This document shows positions 17,010-26,214 of a DNA stretch of 64,000 bases, in pieces; the first letter of the stretch is position 1; every line of letters begins with the position of its first letter. Source of the stretch: Chlamydiota bacterium (GTDB taxonomy: Bacteria > Chlamydiota > Chlamydiia > Chlamydiales > SM23-39). Location: assembly GCA_048498835.1 (NCBI GenBank), contig JBEHXF010000005.1, forward strand, positions 454 through 64,453, in the 5' to 3' direction. The translations under genes and the position numbers were made by a program. A model generated the notes under the pieces. That model had not been told where the DNA came from. It did no database searches and saw only the letters and a program-made list of their open reading frames with translations.

Positions 17010-19607
17010 ATGAAGACCCACGGACTCCTCGGCGATGCCGCTCTATTAAAGAAATCTTTTGGCCGCCTCGACGAAGCTTTTCGCGAATTTCAGAAAAAAG
17101 ACTTTCTCCGCTTAAGTGATTCACATCGAATCGATCGGGTGAACCGAGTTCTTTTAGAATTGATTCAACAAGAGCCCGAACCTTGCTTTCTCCTCGCTCC
17201 GGTTCTCGAATTCATCGAGAAAATCGAGCAGAAAAAAATCTTGGAACAATACCGCTTTAATTCTTTTGAGCTCTGGCTCAATCAACATTCCAATCTCAAC
17301 TCGGATGAAAATTATAGGGTTCGCGCCAAAATTGCCGGTAAATATGTAGACCGGAGCGAATATCAAGTTCTCTTTCCAATTGGAATGGGAAAAGTCTATG
17401 ACGGAAGCCATTTTGTGACCGCTCACAAATCTCCTGATCTCGACACCACGATCGCCTCTTTTTGGGGGTGGCTCGACGCTTTTGCCGCCCGAGTGAGCCA
17501 TGGGCTCCACGTTTGGAACGTTCCTGGCGGACCACCTTCGTCGCAAATCGAAATCGACTGGATTTTCCGCGACCTATTTGGCGCCGGCGTTTTCACCCAC
17601 TTACCCCAACACAGAACCGCCCTCAGTCTGACGGGGAGCGATCTGATGACTCAGAAGGGGATGGTTCGAAAATACCTCGGCGATTCGATCGCCTCGATCG
17701 ACCATGACCGCGATCACAATGCGGTGGTTGTCGTGGATGAAGAGGGATATTATCTCGGCGACTGGCGCCACATCGATGTGGAACAAGTGAGACAGGTCAT
17801 TCTCCTTCTCAGCAGCTGCCTTCGTTGGTTTGAAAACTCGCTCCATGTCAATCTGATAGGCCTTTTTGCCAAAGAAAAGTTGAGTATCGATGATATCTCT
17901 CCTATGTTTAAAAAACTCTTTGGAATGAAAGTAGCAGATTGTGAGCCGGCTCAAGAGTTCTCGACAAAACAAAAGAATCAAGTCGATGCTTTTTTAAAAC
18001 TCGTTCTACATGCGAAAAAAGGTCTCAATTCATCCTTCGAAGAATTTGGTCAAGCTCTAGCTAAAGTAGGGGAAATTCCCTTTGGCGGCGTTGAGCATAT
18101 TTTAGGATCGATGAAAAAAGCGAAGTTGTTTGATTCGAAAGGACACCTTGTTGAAGAGCGCCCTCGTATTTTCGGCTATCTTGAAAAAACAGTCCGTTCT
18201 CTGCATGACGGAATTTTGCAGATTCGGTCGCGTCTAGAAACTCTAGATATCGCCTTAAAAACGAAGAGCGAGGTGTTTGAGCACCATCTCAACTTTGTGA
18301 CCCTTCGCGATGATGTTGAAGAAATTAAAGTCAAAATGGGCTCTTATCCTTATCTTACAGTCAACGATCCAGATGATGGGAAATTCTATCCGGTGGGAGT
18401 GATTCAAGCGGCCGATATTCGAAAAAATATTCTGGGAACGGTCTCCTTGCGCGATTTTTGCAATCGCGAAGAGATGGGAATTCCCTCTTATCTGGAAGTG
18501 ATCAGTGTCATAGACCATCATAAGTCTGTGCTCCAAACTTCCACTCCGCCGTTTGCGATCATTGCCGATGCACAATCTTCAAACTCTCTTGTGGCAGGCC
18601 AAGCGTTCCTTATCAATGATCGCTATTCCCTTCTCGGTCAAGAGGCCGATGCGATCAATGATCAGATCCGAGAGCACAGCAAGGCTCATACTCCTTTTGC
18701 AACACGGCTTACCCAAAGACTTTTGCAGCGGCGCACGATTGCGCAAAGCAAAGCTTCTTACTACATCCACCCTGAACGGGAATTCATTGAATATCTCCAC
18801 TTCCTCTACGGAATCATCGATGATACCGACCTCCTCAGCAAAGTGAGTTTTATCGATGTGGAATGCGTCGCTTCGCTTCTCAACCGGATGAAAACACTCG
18901 CGACAGGACGAGAAAGCGAAGTTGTTTTGCTCGATGACATACCACGAGATAAGTCGTTCCCTAAAAAGGCAGCCCAGAAGATTTTGCAAAATGAAGAGAT
19001 GTATTCGCTCTATCGCAAGGTCTATGCCTACCGAGAAAAAGAGGTGGAGCAGAATATGCATCTGGCCGCAGAGGGAAAAGCATCCAATATTTTCGCCGAT
19101 ACGAAAGAACAAAATGGATGCTGCCGGGTAGGCCAAACGAAGATGTTTGAAAACAATCTCTCTTTCTTCGACAAAAAAGCAAATGCGATCCGAAAGGTTT
19201 GGCTAAAAACAGCGCAGCATGTCCACAAAGAAAAGCCTGAGATCGATCTCCATATCCACATGATCAGCACCATCGTCAGTGCGGATGAAGTCTATAAGGG
19301 GAGACAAGGCAATTATCGACACCAAGATGAAATGTGGCTTTGGGTTCCTTCCGATGTTATGGCAATGGAGCATCTCAAGCGCTTCCTTATCGCATTCCAG
19401 TCTTCACCTGGTATTAAAAACAATACGCTAGAACTGGAATTCCTCGGCGATAATGCAAAAGAATTGGCGGAGGCATTTAAAGAGAGCTTTACAGCTATAC
19501 CGCAAAAGGTTTCAAAAGCGGGATTACCGATCGCGATCCTTCGCTATAACGCAGGTACGCTCAATTCCCGTAAGGCGATGGTCTCGCCTTATCTACCGAC
19601 AGTGTAA
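17010..19607 (+). CDS. large DHH/DHHA2-family phosphoesterase-like protein
   Basis: AHKSPDLDTTIASF (H..PD.D motif) and VISVIDHHKS (DHH motif). 865 aa with long insertions. Confidence 0.65.
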   Translation: MKTHGLLGDAALLKKSFGRLDEAFREFQKKDFLRLSDSHRIDRVNRVLLELIQQEPEPCFLLAPVLEFIEKIEQKKILEQYRFNSFELWLNQHSNLNSDENYRVRAKIAGKYVDRSEYQVLFPIGMGKVYDGSHFVTAHKSPDLDTTIASFWGWLDAFAARVSHGLHVWNVPGGPPSSQIEIDWIFRDLFGAGVFTHLPQHRTALSLTGSDLMTQKGMVRKYLGDSIASIDHDRDHNAVVVVDEEGYYLGDWRHIDVEQVRQVILLLSSCLRWFENSLHVNLIGLFAKEKLSIDDISPMFKKLFGMKVADCEPAQEFSTKQKNQVDAFLKLVLHAKKGLNSSFEEFGQALAKVGEIPFGGVEHILGSMKKAKLFDSKGHLVEERPRIFGYLEKTVRSLHDGILQIRSRLETLDIALKTKSEVFEHHLNFVTLRDDVEEIKVKMGSYPYLTVNDPDDGKFYPVGVIQAADIRKNILGTVSLRDFCNREEMGIPSYLEVISVIDHHKSVLQTSTPPFAIIADAQSSNSLVAGQAFLINDRYSLLGQEADAINDQIREHSKAHTPFATRLTQRLLQRRTIAQSKASYYIHPEREFIEYLHFLYGIIDDTDLLSKVSFIDVECVASLLNRMKTLATGRESEVVLLDDIPRDKSFPKKAAQKILQNEEMYSLYRKVYAYREKEVEQNMHLAAEGKASNIFADTKEQNGCCRVGQTKMFENNLSFFDKKANAIRKVWLKTAQHVHKEKPEIDLHIHMISTIVSADEVYKGRQGNYRHQDEMWLWVPSDVMAMEHLKRFLIAFQSSPGIKNNTLELEFLGDNAKELAEAFKESFTAIPQKVSKAGLPIAILRYNAGTLNSRKAMVSPYLPTV

Positions 19608-19628
19608 TCGGCTGCTGGAAATTTTTAT

Positions 19629-19677
19629 CACAGAGTAACACAGAGAAAAGGGGAGCCCCCCCTCTGTGCTCTCTGTG
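19629..19677. terminator. bidirectional hairpin built from CACAGAG repeats between convergent genes
   Basis: cacagag-taa-cacagag-aaaagggg...cccccc-ctctgtg-ct-ctctgtg. The two CACAGAG copies (19629..19635, 19639..19645) pair with the two CTCTGTG copies (19662..19668, 19671..19677). Confidence 0.55.
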
Positions 19678-19699
19678 TTTAAACGCCCAGGAGACTGAA

Positions 19700-19939
19700 T
19701 TATTCTTTTTCTTCGATGATTTCGAGATTAACCCGGAGACCATTTCGGCTCGCCACCGACATCAGGAGAGTCCGAATCGCATTGATCGTCTTCCCTTTCT
19801 TGCCGATGATTTTGCCGATATCGGATTTCTCGACTCCGAGTTCGATGATGAGAGTGTGGGTTCCGCCGATTTCATTAATGCGCACTTGATCGGGGTGGTC
19901 GACCAGATTTTTGACGATGTACTCTACAAATTCTTTCAT
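19700..19939 (-). CDS. KH-domain RNA-binding protein (UPF0109/KhpA-like)
   Basis: 79 aa with IGKIIGKKGKTINAIR (GxxG KH motif). Confidence 0.85.
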   Translation of the reverse strand: MKEFVEYIVKNLVDHPDQVRINEIGGTHTLIIELGVEKSDIGKIIGKKGKTINAIRTLLMSVASRNGLRVNLEIIEEKE

Positions 19940-20001
19940 GGTGTGGATCTCTCCGGTTGAGCAGTCGGTATTTCAATAAAATAAAAGTTTAGCGATTGGT
20001 A

Positions 20002-20955
20002 TTAAATATTACAAGAGAGAACGGGTTGACAGAGGGAAGGGCCACATAAGATGCGGATCCAAGAAACGATGTCTTCCGGGAGAGGAGCGGTGAGTTGGAC
20101 GGGAGCTCCACTGATCGGATGTTTGAAATTAAGGCGGTAAGCATGCAATAGATGACGATTCACATTTGGATGGGAAGAGCCATATACTTCATCGCCAACA
20201 ACTGGAGTTCCCAGGTGTTTCAGATGGACGCGGATTTGGTGTGTTCGTCCTGTTTTTGGTTTGATGAGAACCAAACTGTGTTTGTCATTATGAGCGACAA
20301 CGCAAATTTCTGAGATCGCCTCTTTTCCATCTGCAAGAACAGTCATCTCTTTTCGATGGACAGGGTGGCGTCCGATCGGCGCAGAGAGAATGCCATTGCG
20401 CGGTTTGCCGACGCAAACAGCGAGGTATTGCTTTTCCATCTCACGGGCAGAAAATTGGCGGATGAGGGCTGAGTGGGCAGCGCTTGTTTTAGCTGCAATC
20501 AATACGCCAGAGGTATCTTTGTCAAGGCGGTGAACGATGCCCGGTCTGAGAGGATCGTCTGATTCAATTTCTTTGCAATGGCCGAGAAGGGCGTTGACAA
20601 AGGTGCCCGACCAGTGGCCTGTAGCAGGGTGGACGACCATTCCCGCCGCTTTATTGACTGCTAAAATGTGGGCGTCCTCGTAGAGAATTTCAAGTGGAAT
20701 ATTTTCCGGAGCGAGAGAAACTTCAGGGGTGAGTTGAAACAGGACCTCGATCTCATCTCCCTCTTCAGGAATGGACCGTTTTTTGATCGGCTCTCCATTG
20801 ATCATCACAAAGCCATTTTCGATTAAGTACTGGAAATAGGTCCTGGAATGATGGGGGAAGCGGGCTGCCAAAAGCTTATCAATACGCGTCCCTTCTTCCT
20901 CTTCTGTAATGAAGAGAATTTCGGGCTCAGGAGTCAATAAAAAAGGCCGATCCAT
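20002..20955 (-). CDS. RluA/RluD-family 23S rRNA pseudouridine synthase
   Basis: HRLDKDTSGVLIAAK catalytic-Asp motif, N-terminal S4-like region, GRTHQIRVHL. Confidence 0.85.
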   Translation of the reverse strand: MDRPFLLTPEPEILFITEEEEGTRIDKLLAARFPHHSRTYFQYLIENGFVMINGEPIKKRSIPEEGDEIEVLFQLTPEVSLAPENIPLEILYEDAHILAVNKAAGMVVHPATGHWSGTFVNALLGHCKEIESDDPLRPGIVHRLDKDTSGVLIAAKTSAAHSALIRQFSAREMEKQYLAVCVGKPRNGILSAPIGRHPVHRKEMTVLADGKEAISEICVVAHNDKHSLVLIKPKTGRTHQIRVHLKHLGTPVVGDEVYGSSHPNVNRHLLHAYRLNFKHPISGAPVQLTAPLPEDIVSWIRILCGPSLCQPVLSCNI

Positions 20956-21000
20956 AGGAACGGCCCAAATAATATCTTAAACACCGATTTGGATAAAGTC

Positions 21001-21138
21001 TTAGATTGCATTATCCTGGTTTATCTGCGCATTGATCTGAGCTTGTGCCTGTTCGGCATTCGCATCATCTTGATTCATAGCAGCTAAGAATTGCTGCATA
21101 ATTGCACTATTAGCACCAAGTCCTGAAATAGAATCCAT
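21001..21138 (-). CDS. possible 45-aa small protein (below the ORF-track cutoff)
   Basis: The hand-translated ORF MDSISGLGANSAIMQQFLAAMNQDDANAEQAQAQINAQINQDNAI lies between rluD-family and the 86-aa ORF on the same strand. The upstream RBS is weak. Confidence 0.25.
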   Translation of the reverse strand: MDSISGLGANSAIMQQFLAAMNQDDANAEQAQAQINAQINQDNAI

Positions 21139-21223
21139 AATACACCGCCTTGCTTTAATTATAGCATAAAACGATTTTTAAAGCAAAGATTAATCTATTT
21201 ACATCCTATTTATAATCAATGAC

Positions 21224-21484
21224 TTATGAATCGTCGTCTTGATCCTGTTCGGGATTCATTTTTTTGATCGCCTTGATGGCTTGCGCTTTATCGTGGTCAA
21301 TGGCGCTGCTGATATTCTGGCTGATGATGCTCCAGAGCTTTTTTGTCTGGTCGGAATCAAAGGTCATCCCCAACCATTTCAAGGGCTTAGGATGCCAGCT
21401 TTTCGGTGCGCTTTTACCGGCGTCTCCGTTTTGATCTGCGCCGTGTGATTTACCGCTCGGATTGACGTTTGGACTGTCGACCAT
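21224..21484 (-). CDS. hypothetical small protein
   Basis: 86-codon ORF. No motif recognised. Confidence 0.45.
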   Translation of the reverse strand: MVDSPNVNPSGKSHGADQNGDAGKSAPKSWHPKPLKWLGMTFDSDQTKKLWSIISQNISSAIDHDKAQAIKAIKKMNPEQDQDDDS

Positions 21485-21573
21485 AGAAAACTCCTTCTCT
21501 CTTCATGTTAGTGCGCCTTTTTTTTCCCAATCAACTAAAATCGAAAGTATAGATCACCCTAAACAGCTCTAAA

Positions 21574-21803
21574 CCCCGAACCCCTGCATCGTTCTATCGT
21601 TATATCGTTATATCGTTGAATTCGCTTCAGTACCAAAGCTCTAGATCCTGGGCTTAGCTGCAAAAGCCCAAAGTAACGATAACGCCACGAAGCGTGGCTA
21701 ACGATGACGCTCGCGAAACGCGAGCTAACGATATAACGTCGGGGAAGCCCCGAACCTCTTTTTATTTTTGGGTTGCAGAGCTTCCCTGCATTGTTCTATC
21801 GTT
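21574..21803. repeat. about 230-bp hairpin-rich dispersed repeat, copy 1
   Basis: Collinear with 35936..36166. It carries hairpins gccacg-aag-cgtggc, gctcgcg-aaa-cgcgagc, cgggg-aag-ccccg and tgcag(a/g)g-ctt-ccctgca. AACGAT(A) motifs on the right are complementary to the ATCGTT repeats on the left. Confidence 0.8.
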
Positions 21804-21843
21804 CCCATTGTTGATCTGGCCTTAAACTATGTAGGACGACCAA

Positions 21844-22404
21844 GTGATGATCTACCTCCAACGCAGCTCGATTGACCCTACTTGGATTGAAATTCGCGAT
21901 GAAACAGGTGTTCATCAAGAAGTGGAGGTGCGCTTTCCCTTGCGCAGGTTTCCGAAGCGGTTTGATTCTGTTGAACTGGCGGTCAAATGGCTTCACGAGA
22001 TGGAGCGGAAGCTGGCAAAAAATCGAGCTTATCGACTCTTATCTGCCCGGAGCTACCCAAGCGCTCTTCTCTATTCTAAACTGATTGAGAAAGGGTATTC
22101 CTCAGCTATCTGCCAAAGCATCGTGGATGAGTTAAAACAGCTGGGTTATCTACAAGATGATGAATGGATCAGGCAAGCCATCGAACGAGAATTTCGTCGT
22201 GGCTACGGCCCTCGTTACATCGAATTAAAGCTCCGTGCAAAAGGATTGCAAGTGGCTGCGCGCGATCACATCACCGATTCGATGCAAAAAGAGAAGATCC
22301 GGGAGCTTCTGAAAAAAACAAAAGCGGCGAATCGCCAAAAAGCGATCCAATCCATTGCGCGGAAGGGATTCGATCTCCACCTCATTCTTCAATTCCTCGA
22401 TTGA
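21844..22404 (+). CDS. recX: RecA regulator RecX
   Basis: YRLLSARSYPSALLYSKLIEKGYS...DDEWIRQAIEREFRRGYGPRYIELKLRAKGL shows the three-repeat helical RecX pattern. GTG at 21844 or ATG at 21847. Confidence 0.8.
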   Translation: MMIYLQRSSIDPTWIEIRDETGVHQEVEVRFPLRRFPKRFDSVELAVKWLHEMERKLAKNRAYRLLSARSYPSALLYSKLIEKGYSSAICQSIVDELKQLGYLQDDEWIRQAIEREFRRGYGPRYIELKLRAKGLQVAARDHITDSMQKEKIRELLKKTKAANRQKAIQSIARKGFDLHLILQFLD

Positions 22405-22434
22405 AATTTTCCCTTACCGGATAGTATTGTCATT

Positions 22435-23445
22435 TTGATGATTCATTCTGGATGTATTTTAAAACTCGGCGTGATCGGCCTCAATCATAAGACGGCCGAT
22501 TTATCTCTCCGCGAAGCGATGGCAAAAGGCGCCAGTGGCTTTGCAGGAGAAAAAGCCCTTTTTTTTCCTTATCCGATCGTTCTCCTCTCAACTTGTAATC
22601 GCACAGAAATCTATTTTAGCTCGGATGATTTGGCCGAAACACACATTGAAATCCTCTCTTTTTTAAGGCGACAAATTGAAATTCCCTTTGAACATCGGCT
22701 TTACTCCTATTTTGGACTCGATTGTTTTGTTCATTTAAGCCGCGTTACCTCTGGAATCGATAGCGCTATTTTTGCGGAGACAGAAATTCAACGTCAGGTA
22801 AAAGTCACCTACGAAAGAGCACGGCAGGACCGCTCGCTTCCTCCCTGTCTTCATTTCGCTTTTCAAAAAGCGCTGAAAGTGGGAAAAGCGATTCGCACGC
22901 AATTTGAAACGCGATCTCCCTCTTTACCCGCTACGATTTGGGAAATCATCCAAGATCATTTTGACGATCTCTCCTCCATCAAAACTCTTTTTATCGGCTA
23001 TTCGGACATCAATCGAACTTTGATCGATTTCGTACAAAAAAAAGGGCTCAGTTCTGTCGCTCTTTCAACACGAGATCCCGCTTCTTGTCGTCCGCTCAAC
23101 TACCAGGTTTTCGATCGCTCTGTCTTAAAACGGTGGTTAGATTTCGATCTCATCATTTCCGCAAGCAAATCAGACGACTACCTCGTTCAAGGATCAAGTA
23201 CTCGCTCGCATCTCCTATTTGATCTCAGCGTTCCGCGCAATGTAGATCCTTTAGTCGCCCGAGAAGAGAACATACAGCTATTCAACATTGAACAGCTCAA
23301 TGCACGAATCGAGCAAAAACAGCTCAGTCAAGGAGCCAACTTAGAATTATGTGAGGAGCTCATTTGGGATCGGGCTATCACTTTGGCTCGCCGCTATCGA
23401 GAGAGTCGACTCCGCTTGTCCCACCTCGTCACAAGCGTCGGTTAG
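22435..23445 (+). CDS. hemA: glutamyl-tRNA reductase
   Basis: LGVIGLNHKTADLSLRE and LLSTCNRTEIYF (catalytic Cys motif). Confidence 0.85.
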   Translation: MMIHSGCILKLGVIGLNHKTADLSLREAMAKGASGFAGEKALFFPYPIVLLSTCNRTEIYFSSDDLAETHIEILSFLRRQIEIPFEHRLYSYFGLDCFVHLSRVTSGIDSAIFAETEIQRQVKVTYERARQDRSLPPCLHFAFQKALKVGKAIRTQFETRSPSLPATIWEIIQDHFDDLSSIKTLFIGYSDINRTLIDFVQKKGLSSVALSTRDPASCRPLNYQVFDRSVLKRWLDFDLIISASKSDDYLVQGSSTRSHLLFDLSVPRNVDPLVAREENIQLFNIEQLNARIEQKQLSQGANLELCEELIWDRAITLARRYRESRLRLSHLVTSVG

Positions 23446-24858
23446 ATGTTCCTGGCGGAAGTTGAAAAGACCAATTCCATCATCTTCTGCTAAGCAATCT
23501 GCTGCTCTTTCTCCTGCCAACAGGTCATATCCGCCCGCCTTTTCATATTCCTGAAAGAATTTTCGCATGACGTTAAAAGGCATGTCTGGTTTAGGAATAA
23601 GAGGCTTATTCCTACCTAAAGGATCGAGTGGGAGGGGTTGATAGCCATTTTTAAAGGGAGGAAGATCTGGAAAATCGGCTTCGAGATCTTTTAGCAATTC
23701 TCTAAAAGTCGGACGTCTGTTTGGTAAAAAAGAGAGCATTTCATGTAGAAAAGATTTTATTTTCTCATCATCAGAAATCGCATTGATTTGATCTCGTATT
23801 CCAATCTCTGATTCGAAAGGCTTATATTTATTAAAATCCCATTCGGGAAATACATTTTTTTGATTTACATAGGAAATTAATTCACAAGCGATTAACCCGA
23901 TTGCCCAAACATCTGTTTTTTCTGTAGGTTTTGTAAGCCATCTCTTTGTCGCTGTTGCTAATTCGGGAGGAAGAATTGAGAAATTTTCGTAACTAAATGA
24001 TCTAATTTGGGTGTTATCTTTATTGCGGAAAGGTTCCGTAAATTCTTCGTAGAAACGGAAGGAGTGGAGATTCGAAATCCCCACTTCATTTTTTGAAGCG
24101 TTCAGAAGAATGTTGTCTAGGCTTAGATTTCCGTGTACACCTAAGTCAGCCAATGCAGCTCCTGCTGCAAGGAGTTGTTTCAGATAACCCAGAACCTGTT
24201 CTATCGTCATAGGAATTTTATGAAAATAGAGAGCATCTTCAAGATTGCAATGATAGCGTGGTTGAACGGTAATAAAGCCCTTATCACGAACATATTCAGC
24301 AGCGAGAGTGAGCGCAATCCCGGGAATACCTTGGAGTTTGTTGATGCTGTTTAGCAAGAGAGAGTGTCTTGGAGTGAGAAAACACTTCCCAACGAGAATT
24401 TCTCCATCTAATCCCATGCACAGCGTTACTTCGCAATTGCATTTGAAGGATATAATAGAACCTTTTAGTGGAGCGATTCTTAAGCCTCCATATGTATGAA
24501 AAGATAGGTTCTTTGATTGAGGCACACCCTTGGGAGAGTTCAAAAGATGAATTTGTTCCCTTAAACGCCTAGTAAAGGGTAGGAAGGGTGTTATCTCATC
24601 GGTTCCCCAACGCCGTTTGCAACTGGATCGTTTTAACCAAATTTGTTGGACTCGACCTTCAATTTCAACACGACAAGAGATCCAATCTTTGGATACTTTT
24701 TTCTTCTTCAAAAAATCGTCATGCGTAATAGCAGAAACCCAATATTTACTGTCCACCCCATTCAAACAAAACCGTGTTTTTTCTCTCCCGCAACACATCC
24801 ATCCCATACTGGGAGCTTTGCATGAAGTGAGATGGCCAACCGGAACTATATTTAGCAT
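23347..24858 (-). CDS. eukaryotic-like protein-kinase-fold protein with degenerate catalytic motifs (predicted pseudokinase or atypical kinase)
   Basis: Kinase C-lobe markers PPELAT (APE), DVWAIGLIACELI and PNRRPTFRELL. The catalytic loop reads HGNLSLDN instead of HRDLKPxN, and ISNLHSF replaces DFG. Confidence 0.7.
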   Translation of the reverse strand: MLNIVPVGHLTSCKAPSMGWMCCGREKTRFCLNGVDSKYWVSAITHDDFLKKKKVSKDWISCRVEIEGRVQQIWLKRSSCKRRWGTDEITPFLPFTRRLREQIHLLNSPKGVPQSKNLSFHTYGGLRIAPLKGSIISFKCNCEVTLCMGLDGEILVGKCFLTPRHSLLLNSINKLQGIPGIALTLAAEYVRDKGFITVQPRYHCNLEDALYFHKIPMTIEQVLGYLKQLLAAGAALADLGVHGNLSLDNILLNASKNEVGISNLHSFRFYEEFTEPFRNKDNTQIRSFSYENFSILPPELATATKRWLTKPTEKTDVWAIGLIACELISYVNQKNVFPEWDFNKYKPFESEIGIRDQINAISDDEKIKSFLHEMLSFLPNRRPTFRELLKDLEADFPDLPPFKNGYQPLPLDPLGRNKPLIPKPDMPFNVMRKFFQEYEKAGGYDLLAGERAADCLAEDDGIGLFNFRQEHLTDACDEVGQAESTLSIAASQSDSPIPNELLT

Positions 24859-24882
24859 GCCTTGAAAATTTTATTTCTTGGT

Positions 24883-26214
24883 TTAAATTTTGAGTTGGGG
24901 GAGTCTTCTTCTATATGCTTTCATGCGATTTTCAACCGAAGGGGATTCGACTTCTAAAGGAAGAACAGGCTCAGGATTTCTTTGCGCATCTAAATAGTCG
25001 AGAGCTTCTCGAAAACTCCAACGCTGGTCGGGATCAAGATCGAGGAGGCCTTTGAGAAGGGGCTGAACAAAGGGAGCGTCTTCGAGATCTGGGATTTGTT
25101 CAAACAACTTCTCCGTCCAACCTTCTGGATAGCGATTAGCGACCAGCTCCTGTAAGAAGTCAGAGATCGTACGCTCTTTTAATCGGAAGATCAAAGAAAG
25201 CGCGACGATTCCAACCGACCAAACGTCGATCTTTTCGGTGTGAGTCTCTTCCAATACTTGCTGGGTGAGGGCTTTTCTTTGCCTTTCCGGTGGTAAAATG
25301 ATGTCAGGCGAGGAAAGAATATCGATCCGGTGAGGGTTATCAAAAGATCGAAATGTGCCAAAGCGGGAGATGGAAAGAGATCTCAGGTCGGTGTTCAGGA
25401 AAATCGTTTCGAAGTGAATATTTCCATGTACGCCATGTTTCGCGATCTGAAGGCCCGCTTCCAACAAATGTCGAATTAATGAAAGGGTTTCTTCTCGGGT
25501 GAATTTCCGCTCTTGATAGTTCAGCGCATCATTTAAGGTGCAGGCATAGCGAGAGTGAAAAGAGACTAGTTTTTCTTCCTCTTTTTTATTTTTATAAAGA
25601 CCTACATAGAGGGTGGGGAGAATGGAGGAAGCTCGTCGCAATCGATCTAAAATGTCGATTTCTTCAACCGTTCTTGGGCTCGCCTTCTTCGTACAGCGAA
25701 GCAGCGAGGTTCCATCGGAGGCTAGCGATAGTTTGGTGGTCACTGGCGCAGATTCTGTAGGCTGCCAAAAGGATACTATCGACCTCGGGATATTCCGAAC
25801 CGTAAAGTGTTCATAGGTTCGCTCTTTGGCTGGCGGATAGTAGGAAAGGTCAGGGTCTTCGTTCTCTCCTCTTTCTAAAGCTTGGATGAATCGCTCTTGT
25901 TTTGCGTATTCGACGAATTTGGACGAAGGATTTTTGCGCAGTTGAATAAACGTGCGTCTCCAACGGTTGTAAAAATCTCCATCATGTAAAAGAATGTATC
26001 CTTTGTATTTGTTGACATCGACGTTAAATTTCCAATAATTGCCAAGAAAACCTGTATGGTGTTTTCTTAGGTGCTCTTCTGGCAAGCGAGCTTTTGTTGC
26101 ATACTCGTCCGGCAAACCATAAGGACAAAAATAACCCTTCTTTTGTTTGCCTAGACCACAGAAGCGCGGCTCGGTACGGTATTCGAATCTACCAGGAGGA
26201 TAAAAAATACTCAT
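24883..26214 (-). CDS. eukaryotic-like protein-kinase-fold protein, paralog 2, also with degenerate catalytic motifs
   Basis: HGNIHFET in place of HRDLKPEN and ISRFGTF in place of DFG. PPE, DVWSVGIVALSLI and LDLDPDQRWSFREAL are retained. The start codon overlaps the asnS stop (TAATG). Confidence 0.7.
   Translation of the reverse strand: MSIFYPPGRFEYRTEPRFCGLGKQKKGYFCPYGLPDEYATKARLPEEHLRKHHTGFLGNYWKFNVDVNKYKGYILLHDGDFYNRWRRTFIQLRKNPSSKFVEYAKQERFIQALERGENEDPDLSYYPPAKERTYEHFTVRNIPRSIVSFWQPTESAPVTTKLSLASDGTSLLRCTKKASPRTVEEIDILDRLRRASSILPTLYVGLYKNKKEEEKLVSFHSRYACTLNDALNYQERKFTREETLSLIRHLLEAGLQIAKHGVHGNIHFETIFLNTDLRSLSISRFGTFRSFDNPHRIDILSSPDIILPPERQRKALTQQVLEETHTEKIDVWSVGIVALSLIFRLKERTISDFLQELVANRYPEGWTEKLFEQIPDLEDAPFVQPLLKGLLDLDPDQRWSFREALDYLDAQRNPEPVLPLEVESPSVENRMKAYRRRLPQLKI

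Noticed and set aside
23347-23445. Unusually long convergent 3' overlaps: hemA with the kinase-like gene (99 nt), DUF115-2 with LRR-NEL (39 nt, 52218..52256), SNF2 with the small ORF (41 nt), and pckG with ORF 156..572 (about 80 nt).
   Set aside because: These are probably genuine late stops in a compact genome, or over-extended hypothetical ORFs. I saw no frameshift or other signal suggesting anything special.
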